Numbered from the stretch's first letter, positions 28,372 through 39,123 are shown. The stretch: DNA of 64,000 bases from an uncultured Arcobacter sp. (GCA_965140705.1 OZ223300.1:224001-288000), one strand, 5' to 3'. Numbers and translations: made by a program. Notes: generated by a model not told the origin, from the sequence alone.

Positions 28372-29790
28372 TTATTTATTTTTAGTAGAAAATATATTTT
28401 CAGCCCATTCAGTAATAGGGCCTCTAAGAACTTTTTGTAGTTCAATTGCAAATATATTTACCAAAGAAGATTCTGTTTTTGTAGACTTTAAAAGTGTAGT
28501 TAGTGAGTTTGTATATTTATTTACATAAAAGTTATCTATTTGTTTATTACTCCCTAGTATTACAACTTTACAAGTATTATCTATTCTAGAAAGAACCATT
28601 TGCATTGTTTTATTTGACATATTTTGTGCTTCATCAATAATTACAAATGCATTTGATAATGTTCTTCCTCTCATTTCTCCTACCCACATTGTTTCAATAA
28701 AATAGTTTTGAATCATTTGGTCAACTCTAGTTTTTAGTTCTTGCTCATCTATTTCTTGTTCTTCTTTACTCTTAGATGCTCTTCTTTTTTTATATTCAGA
28801 ACGAACTATATGATCAATACTATCCATTAATGGATGATTATATATTTTGAACTTTTCTTCAAGTCCTGGCAAGTATCCAACATCTTCACCTTTGTCCAAT
28901 GATTCAATTGAATTTCTTATGTATATGATTCTTTGATATTCTCTATTTTTAACTAATTTTAATGCTCCACTTAGAGCTAAAAGTGTTTTACCAGAACCAG
29001 CTTTTGCTTCTATAATTAAAACATTAAAATAGTGTTGAATGATTGCATTTGAGAAAAATAGTTGTTCTTTATTAAGTGGAGCAATTATTTGATTTCTTAC
29101 TTCATCTTCATTAAGAACTCTTATCTTTTCATTTTGAATTGAAGCAAGTACAACTTGGTCCGAACCTTTAACTTTGAAACAATAAGAAAAATTAGAAACT
29201 TTATATTCACTATCAAGTTCTTTTATATCTCTGTTTTCTATAGTCTCTAAATCTTCAAATTTTATTTGAATAGTTTTTATAAATTCATGAATAAAATCAT
29301 CTTTATTTGAGCCAATTAATGATTCCGCTTTTATGTCCAAAGATATTGCTCTTGTTCTTGCCATGATATCCATAGAAAGAAAAGTTGAATTTTTATCATA
29401 AAATTTTGTAGTGAATTTTGCTATTTCTAATATTCGTCTGTCATTTGCAATATTAGGAGCTGTTGTTTTTGTAACAAATTGATATTCAAGTTTTGAAATC
29501 ACATCAATAGAAATAGGGCACTCATTGTCTATTCTTAGTCTCACAATTTTGAAGTCATCTTCACTTTTTGTAAAAAGAATAGTTGAGTTTTCTAAGATTC
29601 TTGCAAACTCTCTAGCTTGAAAGTTTATCTCATCAAAACCACTTTTTTTTGCATCAATTTCATCTAGAACCGTTTCAGGCAAGATAATAAGATTTTTATT
29701 ATCATCAGATAATTTAAATATATTATTTGCATCTTCTAATAAGATATTTGTATCAAGTACATAGTATTTATCAAAGTTATCATTCTGCAT
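28372..29790 (-). CDS. PIN-domain PhoH-family ATPase (PhoH2-like)
   Basis: PIN motif VLDTNIL, Walker A AKAGSGKT, GYLPG, RGRTL, IIDEAQN. Confidence 0.92.
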   Translation of the reverse strand: MQNDNFDKYYVLDTNILLEDANNIFKLSDDNKNLIILPETVLDEIDAKKSGFDEINFQAREFARILENSTILFTKSEDDFKIVRLRIDNECPISIDVISKLEYQFVTKTTAPNIANDRRILEIAKFTTKFYDKNSTFLSMDIMARTRAISLDIKAESLIGSNKDDFIHEFIKTIQIKFEDLETIENRDIKELDSEYKVSNFSYCFKVKGSDQVVLASIQNEKIRVLNEDEVRNQIIAPLNKEQLFFSNAIIQHYFNVLIIEAKAGSGKTLLALSGALKLVKNREYQRIIYIRNSIESLDKGEDVGYLPGLEEKFKIYNHPLMDSIDHIVRSEYKKRRASKSKEEQEIDEQELKTRVDQMIQNYFIETMWVGEMRGRTLSNAFVIIDEAQNMSNKTMQMVLSRIDNTCKVVILGSNKQIDNFYVNKYTNSLTTLLKSTKTESSLVNIFAIELQKVLRGPITEWAENIFSTKNK

Positions 29791-30301
29791 TTTTTACTCT
29801 TTTTGGTTTCATTATCATATAAATTATAAATGCAAATAAAAGTATCATAGCTAAGGTAAAAGTAATTGATACAACTTTTACAATAACATAAGTAACAATT
29901 AGTATTGCAAATAGAGTTGGTATTTCATTATAAGCTCTAAAGAATTTTCCACTTCTTTTACACTTATTTTCTTCTAATTGTTTTCTAAAGTATTCTAAAG
30001 AAAATGAGTATAAAATAAGCAAAAATGCAACAGTTAGTTTTGCATGTAACCAAGCACCTGATTTAAAAAGTTCTGGTGACAAATATATCATTGTTGAACC
30101 ACTTATGATAGTTGTCCACATTGCAGGCATACCAATATATTTATATATTTTGTATTCTTGTATCTTTACTACATCTACAAAATCTTTCTTATCACTATTT
30201 TCCACATGATAAACAAAAAGCCTAGGTAGATAAAACAACATTGCCATCCAAGACAAAACTGATATAACATGAAACGCTAATATCCAACTATAATATTCCA
30301 A
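29780..30301 (-). CDS. hemJ: Protoporphyrinogen oxidase HemJ
   Basis: FHVISVLSWMAMLFYLPRLFVYH, WLHAKL, FRAYNEIP. Confidence 0.95.
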   Translation of the reverse strand: MEYYSWILAFHVISVLSWMAMLFYLPRLFVYHVENSDKKDFVDVVKIQEYKIYKYIGMPAMWTTIISGSTMIYLSPELFKSGAWLHAKLTVAFLLILYSFSLEYFRKQLEENKCKRSGKFFRAYNEIPTLFAILIVTYVIVKVVSITFTLAMILLFAFIIYMIMKPKRVKNAE

Positions 30302-31483
30302 TTACTTATCCTTTATTTTTTTAATCCAATCATCAAGAGTTTTTTCAAAACCTATACCTTTTGAATCATATAATCTCAAAGGTTCACTTAAATATTTTTG
30401 TTCAACATAACCACCAAAGTTATGAGGATATAAATAATCTTTATGAAAAGAGTCTATATTTTTTGGTATATTTAAGATTTTACCATTTTTAACTTCACTT
30501 ATTCCTTTATTTATTGCTTCATAGGCTGAATTAGATTTTGGTGAAGAAGCTAAATAAATGACACATTGTGACAATATAAAATTACTTTCTGGATATCCAA
30601 TTTTAGAAGTTGCAAGCATAGTACTAACAGCAAGATTTAGTGCATTTGGATTTGCATTTCCAATATCTTCACTTGCAAGAATAACTAATCTTCGTGTTAT
30701 AAATTCTACACTTTCACCACCTTCTATTAATCTTGAAAGATAATAAAGTGCTGCATCAATATCTGATCCACGAATTGATTTAATCATTGCACTTGCTAAA
30801 TCATAATGTGTATTTGAAGATGATACTCCATCTCCAATCACATTTTGTCTTAGTTCTTTTAATGTTTCACATGAAACATTTGTATCAACTTTGAAAGCAA
30901 ATTCAAGAAGATTTAGCATAGCTCTTGCATCACCTGATGAACTATTTATTAAATACTCTTTTGTTTCATCACTAAGTTTTGTATCTAATTTTATTTGTGC
31001 AACGTCTAATATTTTTGTTAAATCTTCCCTTGAGTGAGGTAAAAATTCAAATAAAAAACTTCTAGATCTTATTGCATTAGTCAAAGTGAAAAATGGATTT
31101 TCTGTACTAGCCCCTATAATTATCGCTTGATAGCTTTCCATAATAGGAAGTAAAACTTCTTGTTGATTTTTTGATAATCTGTGAACTTCATCTATAAATA
31201 CAATTGGTTTAATCAAACTATTATCATATTTACTAAATACTTTTCTCAAGTCTTCAATTTTTAAAGATGTTGCATTAAAATAAAAGTAATCTGTCTTGAT
31301 AGTTTTTGCAATGATTTTTGCTAAAGTAGTTTTCCCAGTTCCAGGTTTACCATAAAAAAAAAGGTGAGGAATCTCACCTTTTATGATTAGTTTATATAAG
31401 ACTTTGTTTTTTGATATTATATGATTTTGTCCTACAAAATCTTGAAGAGTATTTGGACGTAGTATTGAACTTAAATTAGTCAT
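30302..31483 (-). CDS. rarA: Replication-associated recombination protein A (MgsA)
   Basis: RPNTLQDFVGQ, GKPGTGKTT, IDEVHR, TENP, KSIRGSD, ASEDIG. Confidence 0.95.
   Translation of the reverse strand: MTNLSSILRPNTLQDFVGQNHIISKNKVLYKLIIKGEIPHLFFYGKPGTGKTTLAKIIAKTIKTDYFYFNATSLKIEDLRKVFSKYDNSLIKPIVFIDEVHRLSKNQQEVLLPIMESYQAIIIGASTENPFFTLTNAIRSRSFLFEFLPHSREDLTKILDVAQIKLDTKLSDETKEYLINSSSGDARAMLNLLEFAFKVDTNVSCETLKELRQNVIGDGVSSSNTHYDLASAMIKSIRGSDIDAALYYLSRLIEGGESVEFITRRLVILASEDIGNANPNALNLAVSTMLATSKIGYPESNFILSQCVIYLASSPKSNSAYEAINKGISEVKNGKILNIPKNIDSFHKDYLYPHNFGGYVEQKYLSEPLRLYDSKGIGFEKTLDDWIKKIKDK
30863..30878. other. parS site (inside rarA)
   Basis: TGTTTCACATGAAACA, 1 mismatch to consensus. Confidence 0.8.
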
Positions 31484-32276
31484 TATCTTTTGAATGCAAA
31501 TAATCTTTTAAGTTTTTGTACTCTTCTCTTGTTAGATATCTGCTTTTACCAGTGGGTAAATTATTTAAACTAATTCCACCATATTCAACTCTTTTTAAAT
31601 CCATTACATCAAGTCCAAAGTGTGCAAAGAATCTTCTTAATTCTCTATTTTTACCTTCCGTAATTGCAACTTTCAATTTGGAAAAAGTATCTTTAACAGA
31701 ATCAATTTTATATCCTAAGAAAGGTGCAAAGTTCATTGATTTTACTTTACTATCTTTTCTTGCACCTTTAGTAGCATCTTCAAGTTCAAGACCATGTAAC
31801 ATAGCATCTTCAACTTGTTTGTTTATTGGTCCATTTACTTTTATTTTATATACTCTTTGTAAGTCAGAATGCATAAGGCCATTTGCAACGTCTACGCTGT
31901 CCGTGAGAAGCAAAACTCCCTCACTTGCATAGTCAAGTCTACCTATAGGTAAAAAGTGCTTATATTTAGCTCCTAGAGTGTCAAATATTATTCTTCTACC
32001 TTGGGGATCATTTTTAGTTACAAGTTCACCTTTTGGTTTGTTATAAACTAGAACAGTATACATCTTGTTTTTTTCAAATTTGATAGGTTTATTATCAATT
32101 GCAACAATATCACTATCTAATACTTTTGTAGATAAATCAGTAATTGTTTTCTTATTAACTTTTACTCTACCTTCTGCAATAATTGCATCAGCTTCTCTTC
32201 TAGAGTATTTACTATTGTGTGAGATAAATTTGTTTAATCTTGTACTATCTTCTTTTGAATCTGATTGATTTTTCAT
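31476..32276 (-). CDS. rluB: rRNA pseudouridine synthase (RsuA/RluB family)
   Basis: S4 domain (RLNKFI...SRREAD), NKPKG, GRLD, EGKNRELRR. Confidence 0.85.
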   Translation of the reverse strand: MKNQSDSKEDSTRLNKFISHNSKYSRREADAIIAEGRVKVNKKTITDLSTKVLDSDIVAIDNKPIKFEKNKMYTVLVYNKPKGELVTKNDPQGRRIIFDTLGAKYKHFLPIGRLDYASEGVLLLTDSVDVANGLMHSDLQRVYKIKVNGPINKQVEDAMLHGLELEDATKGARKDSKVKSMNFAPFLGYKIDSVKDTFSKLKVAITEGKNRELRRFFAHFGLDVMDLKRVEYGGISLNNLPTGKSRYLTREEYKNLKDYLHSKDND

Positions 32277-32281
32277 GGTAC

Positions 32282-33241
32282 CTACTTTATTCCTGCTTCA
32301 ATTAAATCATGAATATGTAATACACCAACAAGTTTATTACTATCATCAACAACAACTAAAAGTTGTATCTTATAATCTTCAATAATTTTCAATGCATCAC
32401 TAGCTAATAAATCTTTATTATTTAAAACTTTTGGATTCATAGTAGCAATTTCTTCTACTTTACACTCTAGTGAAAAGTCATCATTCATTAAAGCTCTTCT
32501 CAAATCTCCATCACTTAATAAACCAATAACTTTATTATCTTCAGTAATTATAACATTACCAAGTCTACCTTCACTCATTTTAATAATAGCATCTTTTAAA
32601 AAAGTTCCACGTGAAACAATTGGTAATTCTTCTGTTCTAAGTAAATCAGAAACTTTTATAAATAGCTTTTTACCTAGGCTTCCTCCTGGATGAAATGAAG
32701 CAAAATCACTTTTTTGAAAATTTCTTTTTTTCATCAAACAAACAGCCAATGCATCACCCATTGCCATTGTTAATGTTGTAGAAGAAGTTGGAGCTGTATC
32801 TAATGGACAAGCCTCTTTTGTAACATTTATATCAAAAAAGATATCAGCATATTTGGCTAAAGTAGAGTTTGGATTTTTTGCCATAGCAATCATTGGAATA
32901 TCAAATCTTTTTAAGTGAGGAAGAATTTGAATCAACTCTTCACTCTCACCAGAATAAGAGATAGCTAAAACTGTATCATCTTTACCAATCATCCCCAAAT
33001 CACCATGCATAGCTTCTGTAGGATGCAAGAAAAAAGAGCTAGTTCCTGTACTAGCTAAAGTTGCAGCTATTTTTGTACCTACTAATCCAGATTTACCAAC
33101 GCCTGTAACGATTAGTTTACCCTTTGTATTGTAAACAAGTTCAACAGCAGCATTCATATCAAAAGAATTATCTCTAGAAGCTCTTTCTAACTCTTTTGCT
33201 TCAGTTAGTAAAACTTCTTTTGCAATCTCATTATAATTCAT
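32282..33241 (-). CDS. kdsD: Arabinose-5-phosphate isomerase (KpsF/GutQ)
   Basis: SIS domain (GVGKSG, HPTEAMHGDLG, APTSST, FHPGGSLG) plus a CBS pair. Confidence 0.94.
   Translation of the reverse strand: MNYNEIAKEVLLTEAKELERASRDNSFDMNAAVELVYNTKGKLIVTGVGKSGLVGTKIAATLASTGTSSFFLHPTEAMHGDLGMIGKDDTVLAISYSGESEELIQILPHLKRFDIPMIAMAKNPNSTLAKYADIFFDINVTKEACPLDTAPTSSTTLTMAMGDALAVCLMKKRNFQKSDFASFHPGGSLGKKLFIKVSDLLRTEELPIVSRGTFLKDAIIKMSEGRLGNVIITEDNKVIGLLSDGDLRRALMNDDFSLECKVEEIATMNPKVLNNKDLLASDALKIIEDYKIQLLVVVDDSNKLVGVLHIHDLIEAGIK
32603..32618. other. parS site (inside kdsD)
   Basis: AGTTCCACGTGAAACA. Reverse strand reads TGTTTCACGTGGAACT. Confidence 0.75.
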
Positions 33242-33250
33242 TTTATTTCC

Positions 33251-35185
33251 TTAATAAACAAAAATAGTAGGAACAATCATAGGATATTTTTTGAACTTTC
33301 TAACACAATGTTTTCTTACAACTTTTCTAATTTCATCTTCTAAATATTTATTATTTTTAAATATACCTTCTTTTGCATTTGAAAAGAAAGTTTCTAATAA
33401 GTCTTCAATCTCTTTTGCAAAGAATCTATCTTGATTATCTGGAACTAAACCAAATGAAGTAACTCTTGTCTTATCTGAAAGTTTTCTATCATTTTCGTTA
33501 ATTTGTGCAACAATCATAACAACACCTTCATTTGCCATTGTTTGTCTATCCAGAATAATATCATCTGCAATTTTGTGATTTAATTGATTATCTATATAAG
33601 TTTTACCACTTTTTACAGTTTTAACTTTTTTAAGATATTTAGGAGTAACTTCTATTTGTTCTCCATCACTCATAATATAAGTATTTCGCTCTAGTACACC
33701 ACATGAAATACCTGTTTGTTGGTGCTTAACTGCATGGTTATATTCACCATGAATTGGCATAAAGAATTTAGGTTTAACAAGTCTTAACATAAGTTTTTGT
33801 TCTTCTTGGGCAGCATGTCCTGAAACATGGATTTCTGAGAAGTTTTGATATGCAACTTCAGCACCAGCTTTTAGTAAATGGTTAATGATTTGAGAAACAC
33901 TAGCTTCATTTCCTGGAATTGCTTTTGCAGAAAGAATAACTTGATCTCCTGGTTTAATTTTTATGTGTCTATGCTCATGAATCGACATTCTGTAAAGAGC
34001 ACTCATTGATTCACCTTGAGAACCAGTTGTTACAATTAAAACTTGGTTATCATCATATTTATGTACTTCATGTGGCTCAATAAATTGATCTCTTGGGAAT
34101 TTAATATATCCTAATGCCATTGCTAATTCTAAGTTTTTCTCCATAGATCTTCCAATAACACACACTTTTCTACCATACTTTAATCCATGCTCAATTGCTT
34201 GTGCAACTCTGTGCGTATTTGAAGAGAAAGTAGACATAATAACTCTACCTTTTGCTTTTGAAAATAGAGTATCAAAAGTTGGACCAACAGTTGATTCAGA
34301 TTTAGTAAAACCTGGTGTATGTGAGTTTGTAGAATCAGACATTAAAAGTAGAACACCTTTTTCACCATAATGAGCAAATCTATGTAAGTCTGATGGGAAA
34401 CCATCAATTGGAGTATGGTCTATTTTAAAGTCACCCGTATGAATAATTGTACCAGCATCTGTAGTAATTGCTAAAGATGAAGCATCAATAATTGAGTGAG
34501 TAATATGCATCCATTCTATTTCAAAATCACCAATTTTTATAGGAGTTCTTTTTTGAATTGCATGGAAATAACCTCTATGTTGTCTCATTTTATGTTCATC
34601 AAATTTTGAACCAATCATTTCTAGTGGTAAAGATGTTCCATAAATAGGAAATTGCATCTCTTTAAATAAATATGGCATAGCACCAATATGATCTTCATGA
34701 CCATGAGTTATAATAACAGCTGCAATTTTATCTTTGATTTCTCTAATATAAGTAAAATCAGGGATTAAAATATCAACCCCATGCATATCTTCATCAGGGA
34801 AACTCATACCAACATCAACGATAATTGCACTTTTTTCAGTTTCAATCACCATCATATTTCCACCAATTTCACCTAATCCCCCAAGTGGAGTGATTCTTAT
34901 TTTTTGAGTACTAGAAAGGTTTAGTTTATTGTGTGGATTTAATCTTTCTTTGTGAATTCTTTCATTGATAACGTGAGCTTTTCTAAGGTCTGTTATCCAA
35001 CCTTCACCTGATTTGTCTTCCATTTTAGGAACAACTGTTTTTTTTCTTTTATTAACTGGTCTTTTTGGTTTTTGCTTTTTAGGGCTAGGTCCTGTAGTTT
35101 CTTGTTTTGTAGTAGTATTATTTGCTTCTGGAGCAGCTCTTTCTACAACCTTAGTATCATTCTGTACTGTTTTGTTTTCTTCCAT
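33251..35185 (-). CDS. rnj: Ribonuclease J
   Basis: GGLGEIGGN, THGHEDHIG, HTGDFK, TGSQGE, HVSGHA, PIHGE. Confidence 0.97.
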   Translation of the reverse strand: MEENKTVQNDTKVVERAAPEANNTTTKQETTGPSPKKQKPKRPVNKRKKTVVPKMEDKSGEGWITDLRKAHVINERIHKERLNPHNKLNLSSTQKIRITPLGGLGEIGGNMMVIETEKSAIIVDVGMSFPDEDMHGVDILIPDFTYIREIKDKIAAVIITHGHEDHIGAMPYLFKEMQFPIYGTSLPLEMIGSKFDEHKMRQHRGYFHAIQKRTPIKIGDFEIEWMHITHSIIDASSLAITTDAGTIIHTGDFKIDHTPIDGFPSDLHRFAHYGEKGVLLLMSDSTNSHTPGFTKSESTVGPTFDTLFSKAKGRVIMSTFSSNTHRVAQAIEHGLKYGRKVCVIGRSMEKNLELAMALGYIKFPRDQFIEPHEVHKYDDNQVLIVTTGSQGESMSALYRMSIHEHRHIKIKPGDQVILSAKAIPGNEASVSQIINHLLKAGAEVAYQNFSEIHVSGHAAQEEQKLMLRLVKPKFFMPIHGEYNHAVKHQQTGISCGVLERNTYIMSDGEQIEVTPKYLKKVKTVKSGKTYIDNQLNHKIADDIILDRQTMANEGVVMIVAQINENDRKLSDKTRVTSFGLVPDNQDRFFAKEIEDLLETFFSNAKEGIFKNNKYLEDEIRKVVRKHCVRKFKKYPMIVPTIFVY

Positions 35186-35969
35186 CTATTATTGCCTTTG
35201 TATATATTTGGCTATACAAAGATGCACTAAGCTCATGAGGTCGAATGTTATCATTAATTTCAAGCTCTTCAAATAAAGAAGAAATAGTCTCTTTAGGAAC
35301 AATAGATGAGATATTTTTAGATAGCTTTTTTCTTGGCTGTTGAAAACAAGCCTTTAGAAAACTATTAAAGTTCTTATCCATAGTTTTTGACATATCTTTT
35401 TTTATATAAAGAATAGAAGAAGTAACTTTAGGAGGTGGATCAAAAGATTCTGGTGGAACATCAAATAAAATCTTTGACTCTATTGAGCAAAGTTTTGATA
35501 TCACACCCAATGCAGAGAACTCTTTGTCCCCTTCATTGGCAGAAAACTTTTCAGCTACCTCTTTTTGAACCATTACAATAATGTGTTCACAAGCTTCATC
35601 TTCAAATGCTCTTAGTATTATATTTGTCGCAATATAATACGGTAAATTAGCGATTAGATCATATTTACTAGTATGTAAACTTTTTTGCTTTGTCCATGAC
35701 TCTAAAACATCAGCGTGGATGAGTGTTAGAGAACCTTTATCTATCTCAATAGCAAAATTAGTTTTTAGTATAGTAAATAAATCTGTATCAACTTCATAGG
35801 CCGTTACATCTTTGCATTTGACTAAATTTTTTGTCAAATCACCTAATCCAGGCCCAATTTCTACAATATGATTATTGTTGTTGGGCATCGATTGGATGAT
35901 CTTTGATAAGACTGTGTCATCTTTTAAAAAGTTTTGACCATATTTTTTTTTAGCTTTTATTTTTTCCAT
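35157..35969 (-). CDS. rsmA: 16S rRNA adenine dimethyltransferase
   Basis: KKYGQNFL, EIGPGLG, ANLPYYI, MVQKEVA, FDPPPKV. Confidence 0.97.
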   Translation of the reverse strand: MEKIKAKKKYGQNFLKDDTVLSKIIQSMPNNNNHIVEIGPGLGDLTKNLVKCKDVTAYEVDTDLFTILKTNFAIEIDKGSLTLIHADVLESWTKQKSLHTSKYDLIANLPYYIATNIILRAFEDEACEHIIVMVQKEVAEKFSANEGDKEFSALGVISKLCSIESKILFDVPPESFDPPPKVTSSILYIKKDMSKTMDKNFNSFLKACFQQPRKKLSKNISSIVPKETISSLFEELEINDNIRPHELSASLYSQIYTKAIIDGRKQNSTE

Positions 35970-36043
35970 AAGAGCAAAGATTATATATGAACTTAACTTA
36001 CATTTAGATAAGATAAAAACTTAATAACGAATAAGGATAAAAA

Positions 36044-36805
36044 GTGAGCAGTTTTGCAAAGAGAATAATTCCATGCTTAGATGTAAAAGATGGAAGAGTT
36101 GTAAAAGGTGTTAATTTCGTAGGATTAAAAGATGCAGGTGACCCTGTAGAAGTTGCAAAACGATATAACAATGAAGGTGCAGATGAAATTACTTTTTTAG
36201 ATATAACAGCTAGTCATGAAAATAGAGATACAATAGTTCATATAGTAAAAGATGTGGCAAAAGAAGTCTTTATCCCCCTAACTGTAGGTGGTGGAATAAG
36301 AACTTTAGATGATATTTATAAACTTTTAAATGTAGGTTGTGATAAAGTTTCTGTAAACTCAAGTGCAGTTGTAAATCCAGGATTTATTGATGAAAGTTCT
36401 AAAAGATTTGGTAGCCAATGTATAGTTGTAGCAATTGATGTTAAAAAAGTAGCTGATGGCTCTTACCATGTTTTTGTAAAAGGTGGAAGAGAAGATACTG
36501 GACTTGATGCACTAGCTTGGGCAAAAGAGGTTTATAATAGAGGAGCAGGTGAGATACTTCTTACTTCTATGGACACAGATGGTGCAAAAAATGGATTTGA
36601 ATTAAATATTACACAACAAATTTCAAGTATAGTTGATATCCCAGTTATTGCAAGTGGTGGTGCTGGGACTATGGAACATATGAAAGAAGCCTTTGAACAT
36701 GGAGCAAGTGCTGCCTTAGCCGCTTCTATTTTTCATTTTAAAGAGATAGATATAATGGATTTGAAACACTATTTAAGAGATAACAATATACCTGTAAGGA
36801 TTTAA
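36044..36805 (+). CDS. hisF: Imidazole glycerol phosphate synthase cyclase subunit
   Basis: [46 protein letters not shown]. Confidence 0.97.
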   Translation: MSSFAKRIIPCLDVKDGRVVKGVNFVGLKDAGDPVEVAKRYNNEGADEITFLDITASHENRDTIVHIVKDVAKEVFIPLTVGGGIRTLDDIYKLLNVGCDKVSVNSSAVVNPGFIDESSKRFGSQCIVVAIDVKKVADGSYHVFVKGGREDTGLDALAWAKEVYNRGAGEILLTSMDTDGAKNGFELNITQQISSIVDIPVIASGGAGTMEHMKEAFEHGASAALAASIFHFKEIDIMDLKHYLRDNNIPVRI

Positions 36806-36806
36806 T

Positions 36807-37478
36807 ATGAGAAAATATTTATTTATATTTTTACCATTTTTTCTTTATGCTTTTGAAGTCGATTTTAGTAAAGAGTTTACAAAAACTCTGATTCCAAATG
36901 TTCTAAGTGCAGATATTTCGGTAGTAATTGAAGATGAAAAAGAAAAAAATGTAATAGATAGATTAGAAGTTTTTAATAAAGAGATAAAAGATTATAAGAA
37001 AGTTGAAAAACAATTAGAAACATTTAATGTAAGACCTCTATATCAAAAGGCTAGTAATAGTCCAAGAATATATGGATATAGTGGAGAACTAAGTTATAAA
37101 ATAGAAACAGATGATGCTCTTGCTATGGGAGAATTTATCTCTATGATAACTAATATGAAAGAGAATAGGGATACTTCTGTAACTTTAAATAATCTTTCAT
37201 GGAGAGTTAAGGATGATAGTTATAATGTAATTTTAGACTTAGTAAGACTTGAAGCAATTACTTGGGTAGAAAATTATGTAAAGATACTCTCTAGTGATTT
37301 ACAAAAAGAATGTACTATAAAAAGTATAAGTTTAGCAAATAACGTTGTGCATACTTATAGACAACATTTAAATTCGATGAAACTTAGTTCATCTTTAAAA
37401 AGAGAAGATGTTCCTGTACCTGAGGTTTCTCATCAAAAGCTTTCTCTTCTTACGAATTACAAATTGGAGTGTAAATGA
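36807..37478 (+). CDS. Exported protein, SIMPL (DUF541)-like
   Basis: Short signal peptide. The SIMPL resemblance is a weak visual match. Confidence 0.55.
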   Translation: MRKYLFIFLPFFLYAFEVDFSKEFTKTLIPNVLSADISVVIEDEKEKNVIDRLEVFNKEIKDYKKVEKQLETFNVRPLYQKASNSPRIYGYSGELSYKIETDDALAMGEFISMITNMKENRDTSVTLNNLSWRVKDDSYNVILDLVRLEAITWVENYVKILSSDLQKECTIKSISLANNVVHTYRQHLNSMKLSSSLKREDVPVPEVSHQKLSLLTNYKLECK

Positions 37479-38011
37479 TTATTTGTGCTGGAAACATTGA
37501 GAGTTTTAAATTTGCTGAACCAATGGGAATAGGGCTAGTTGATATGGCTATAAATCTTACGAGAAGATGTCTATTTAATAAGCCAGAGTTTATTTTGTTT
37601 ATAGGAACAGCAGGTAGTTATGGAAATCATAAAATCTTAGATATTGTGGAATCAAAACGTGCTGCAAATTTAGAGTTATCTTTTTTAGAAAACAACTCTT
37701 ATACACCCCTTGACAATGTACTAGAATCAGAAAATAAAATGGTTAAAAACGATACTATAGTAAATAGTTCAAACTATATTACTACAAATGAAGAGATAGC
37801 TAAAAACTATAATGAATATGGAATAGGTATTGAAAATATGGAGTTCTTTTCTGCTGTAAAGGTTGCAAAAGAGTTTGAAATACCAGTTGCAGGAATATTT
37901 GTTATTACTAATTATACAAATAAAAATGCCCATGAAGATTTTAAACAAAACCATAAAATAGCGATGGAAACACTTACTAAATATTTATTAGAAAAAAATA
38001 TAATTAAATAA
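37475..38011 (+). CDS. Purine nucleoside phosphorylase/nucleosidase family protein
   Basis: GIG, FIGTAGSY, ENMEF and ITNY motifs of the PNP/UDP fold. Confidence 0.8.
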   Translation: MIICAGNIESFKFAEPMGIGLVDMAINLTRRCLFNKPEFILFIGTAGSYGNHKILDIVESKRAANLELSFLENNSYTPLDNVLESENKMVKNDTIVNSSNYITTNEEIAKNYNEYGIGIENMEFFSAVKVAKEFEIPVAGIFVITNYTNKNAHEDFKQNHKIAMETLTKYLLEKNIIK

Positions 38012-38021
38012 AAATGTTTCA

Positions 38022-38037
38022 TGTTTCATGTGAAACA
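38022..38037. other. parS site (intergenic, upstream of rlmN)
   Basis: TGTTTCATGTGAAACA, 1 mismatch to consensus. Confidence 0.85.
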
Positions 38038-38055
38038 TTACAAAAAAGGAAAAAT

Positions 38056-39123
38056 TTGCAATCAATATATGACTTTACTTTAGATGAATTAAAAGAGAGA
38101 CTTAAACCATCATTTAGAGCAAAACAAGTTTATAATTGGATATATAAAAAATATGCTAACTCTTATGATGAGATGAAAAATATACCAAATGATTTAAAAG
38201 AAGATTTAAAAGAAAATTATGCAATTGATATATTAAAAATTATAAAAAAAGAAAAAAGTAGTGATGGAAGTATAAAATATCTTTTTAAACTTCATGATGG
38301 ACATACCGTTGAAACAGTATTTTTACTTATGAGAGAAAAACAAATTGGTGATGATGGAGTTGTTGAAAAGGGTGAAAAACATACAGTTTGTATATCTACT
38401 CAAGTTGGCTGTAAAGTTGGCTGTACTTTTTGTTTAACTGCAAAAGGTGGTTTTGTAAGAAATCTTACAGTTGGTGAAATAGTGGCTCAAATAGTTAATA
38501 TGAAAAGAGATAATAATATTGATGAAAATAAATCATTAAATATAGTATTTATGGGAATGGGTGAGCCCTTGGATAATTATAAGAATTTTGTCCATTCTGT
38601 AAAAGTCTTTTCAGAAGAAGAAGGTTTATCCATAAATAGAAGAAGACAAACAGTTTCTACTTCAGGAATTTCTTCAAAAATAGAGAAACTAGGAAATGAA
38701 AATTTAGGAATACAACTTGCAATTTCATTGCACGCAGTTGACGATGAATTAAGAAGTGAATTAATTCCTATGAATAAAGCTTACAATATAAAATCGATTA
38801 TTGATGCTGTTAAAAAGTTCCCAGTAGATGCTAGAAAAAAAGTGATGTTTGAATATTTAGTTATAAAAGATAAAAATGATGACATAGCAAGTGCTAAAAA
38901 ACTTTTATCACTACTTGATGGAATAAAAGCAAAAGTAAATCTTATTTACTTCAATCCATATCCAGGCACTTCATATCAAAGACCAGAAAGCAAAAAAATG
39001 GTAGAATTCCAAAACTACTTAATAAGTAAAGGTTTACTTTGCACGATAAGAGAATCAAAAGGCTTAGACATCTCAGCGGCGTGCGGACAACTCAAAGAAA
39101 AGGACTCAAATGAAAGCAGCTGA
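38056..39123 (+). CDS. rlmN: 23S rRNA/tRNA m2A methyltransferase (radical SAM)
   Basis: CISTQVGCKVGCTFC, MGMGEP, ISLHA, AACGQL. TTG start at 38056 follows AAGGA. Confidence 0.96.
   Translation: MQSIYDFTLDELKERLKPSFRAKQVYNWIYKKYANSYDEMKNIPNDLKEDLKENYAIDILKIIKKEKSSDGSIKYLFKLHDGHTVETVFLLMREKQIGDDGVVEKGEKHTVCISTQVGCKVGCTFCLTAKGGFVRNLTVGEIVAQIVNMKRDNNIDENKSLNIVFMGMGEPLDNYKNFVHSVKVFSEEEGLSINRRRQTVSTSGISSKIEKLGNENLGIQLAISLHAVDDELRSELIPMNKAYNIKSIIDAVKKFPVDARKKVMFEYLVIKDKNDDIASAKKLLSLLDGIKAKVNLIYFNPYPGTSYQRPESKKMVEFQNYLISKGLLCTIRESKGLDISAACGQLKEKDSNESS

Noticed and set aside
38014..38055. N-terminal extension MFHVSCETLQKRKN of RlmN
   Set aside because: It is a translation of the parS palindrome. The TTG at 38056 has the ribosome-binding site.
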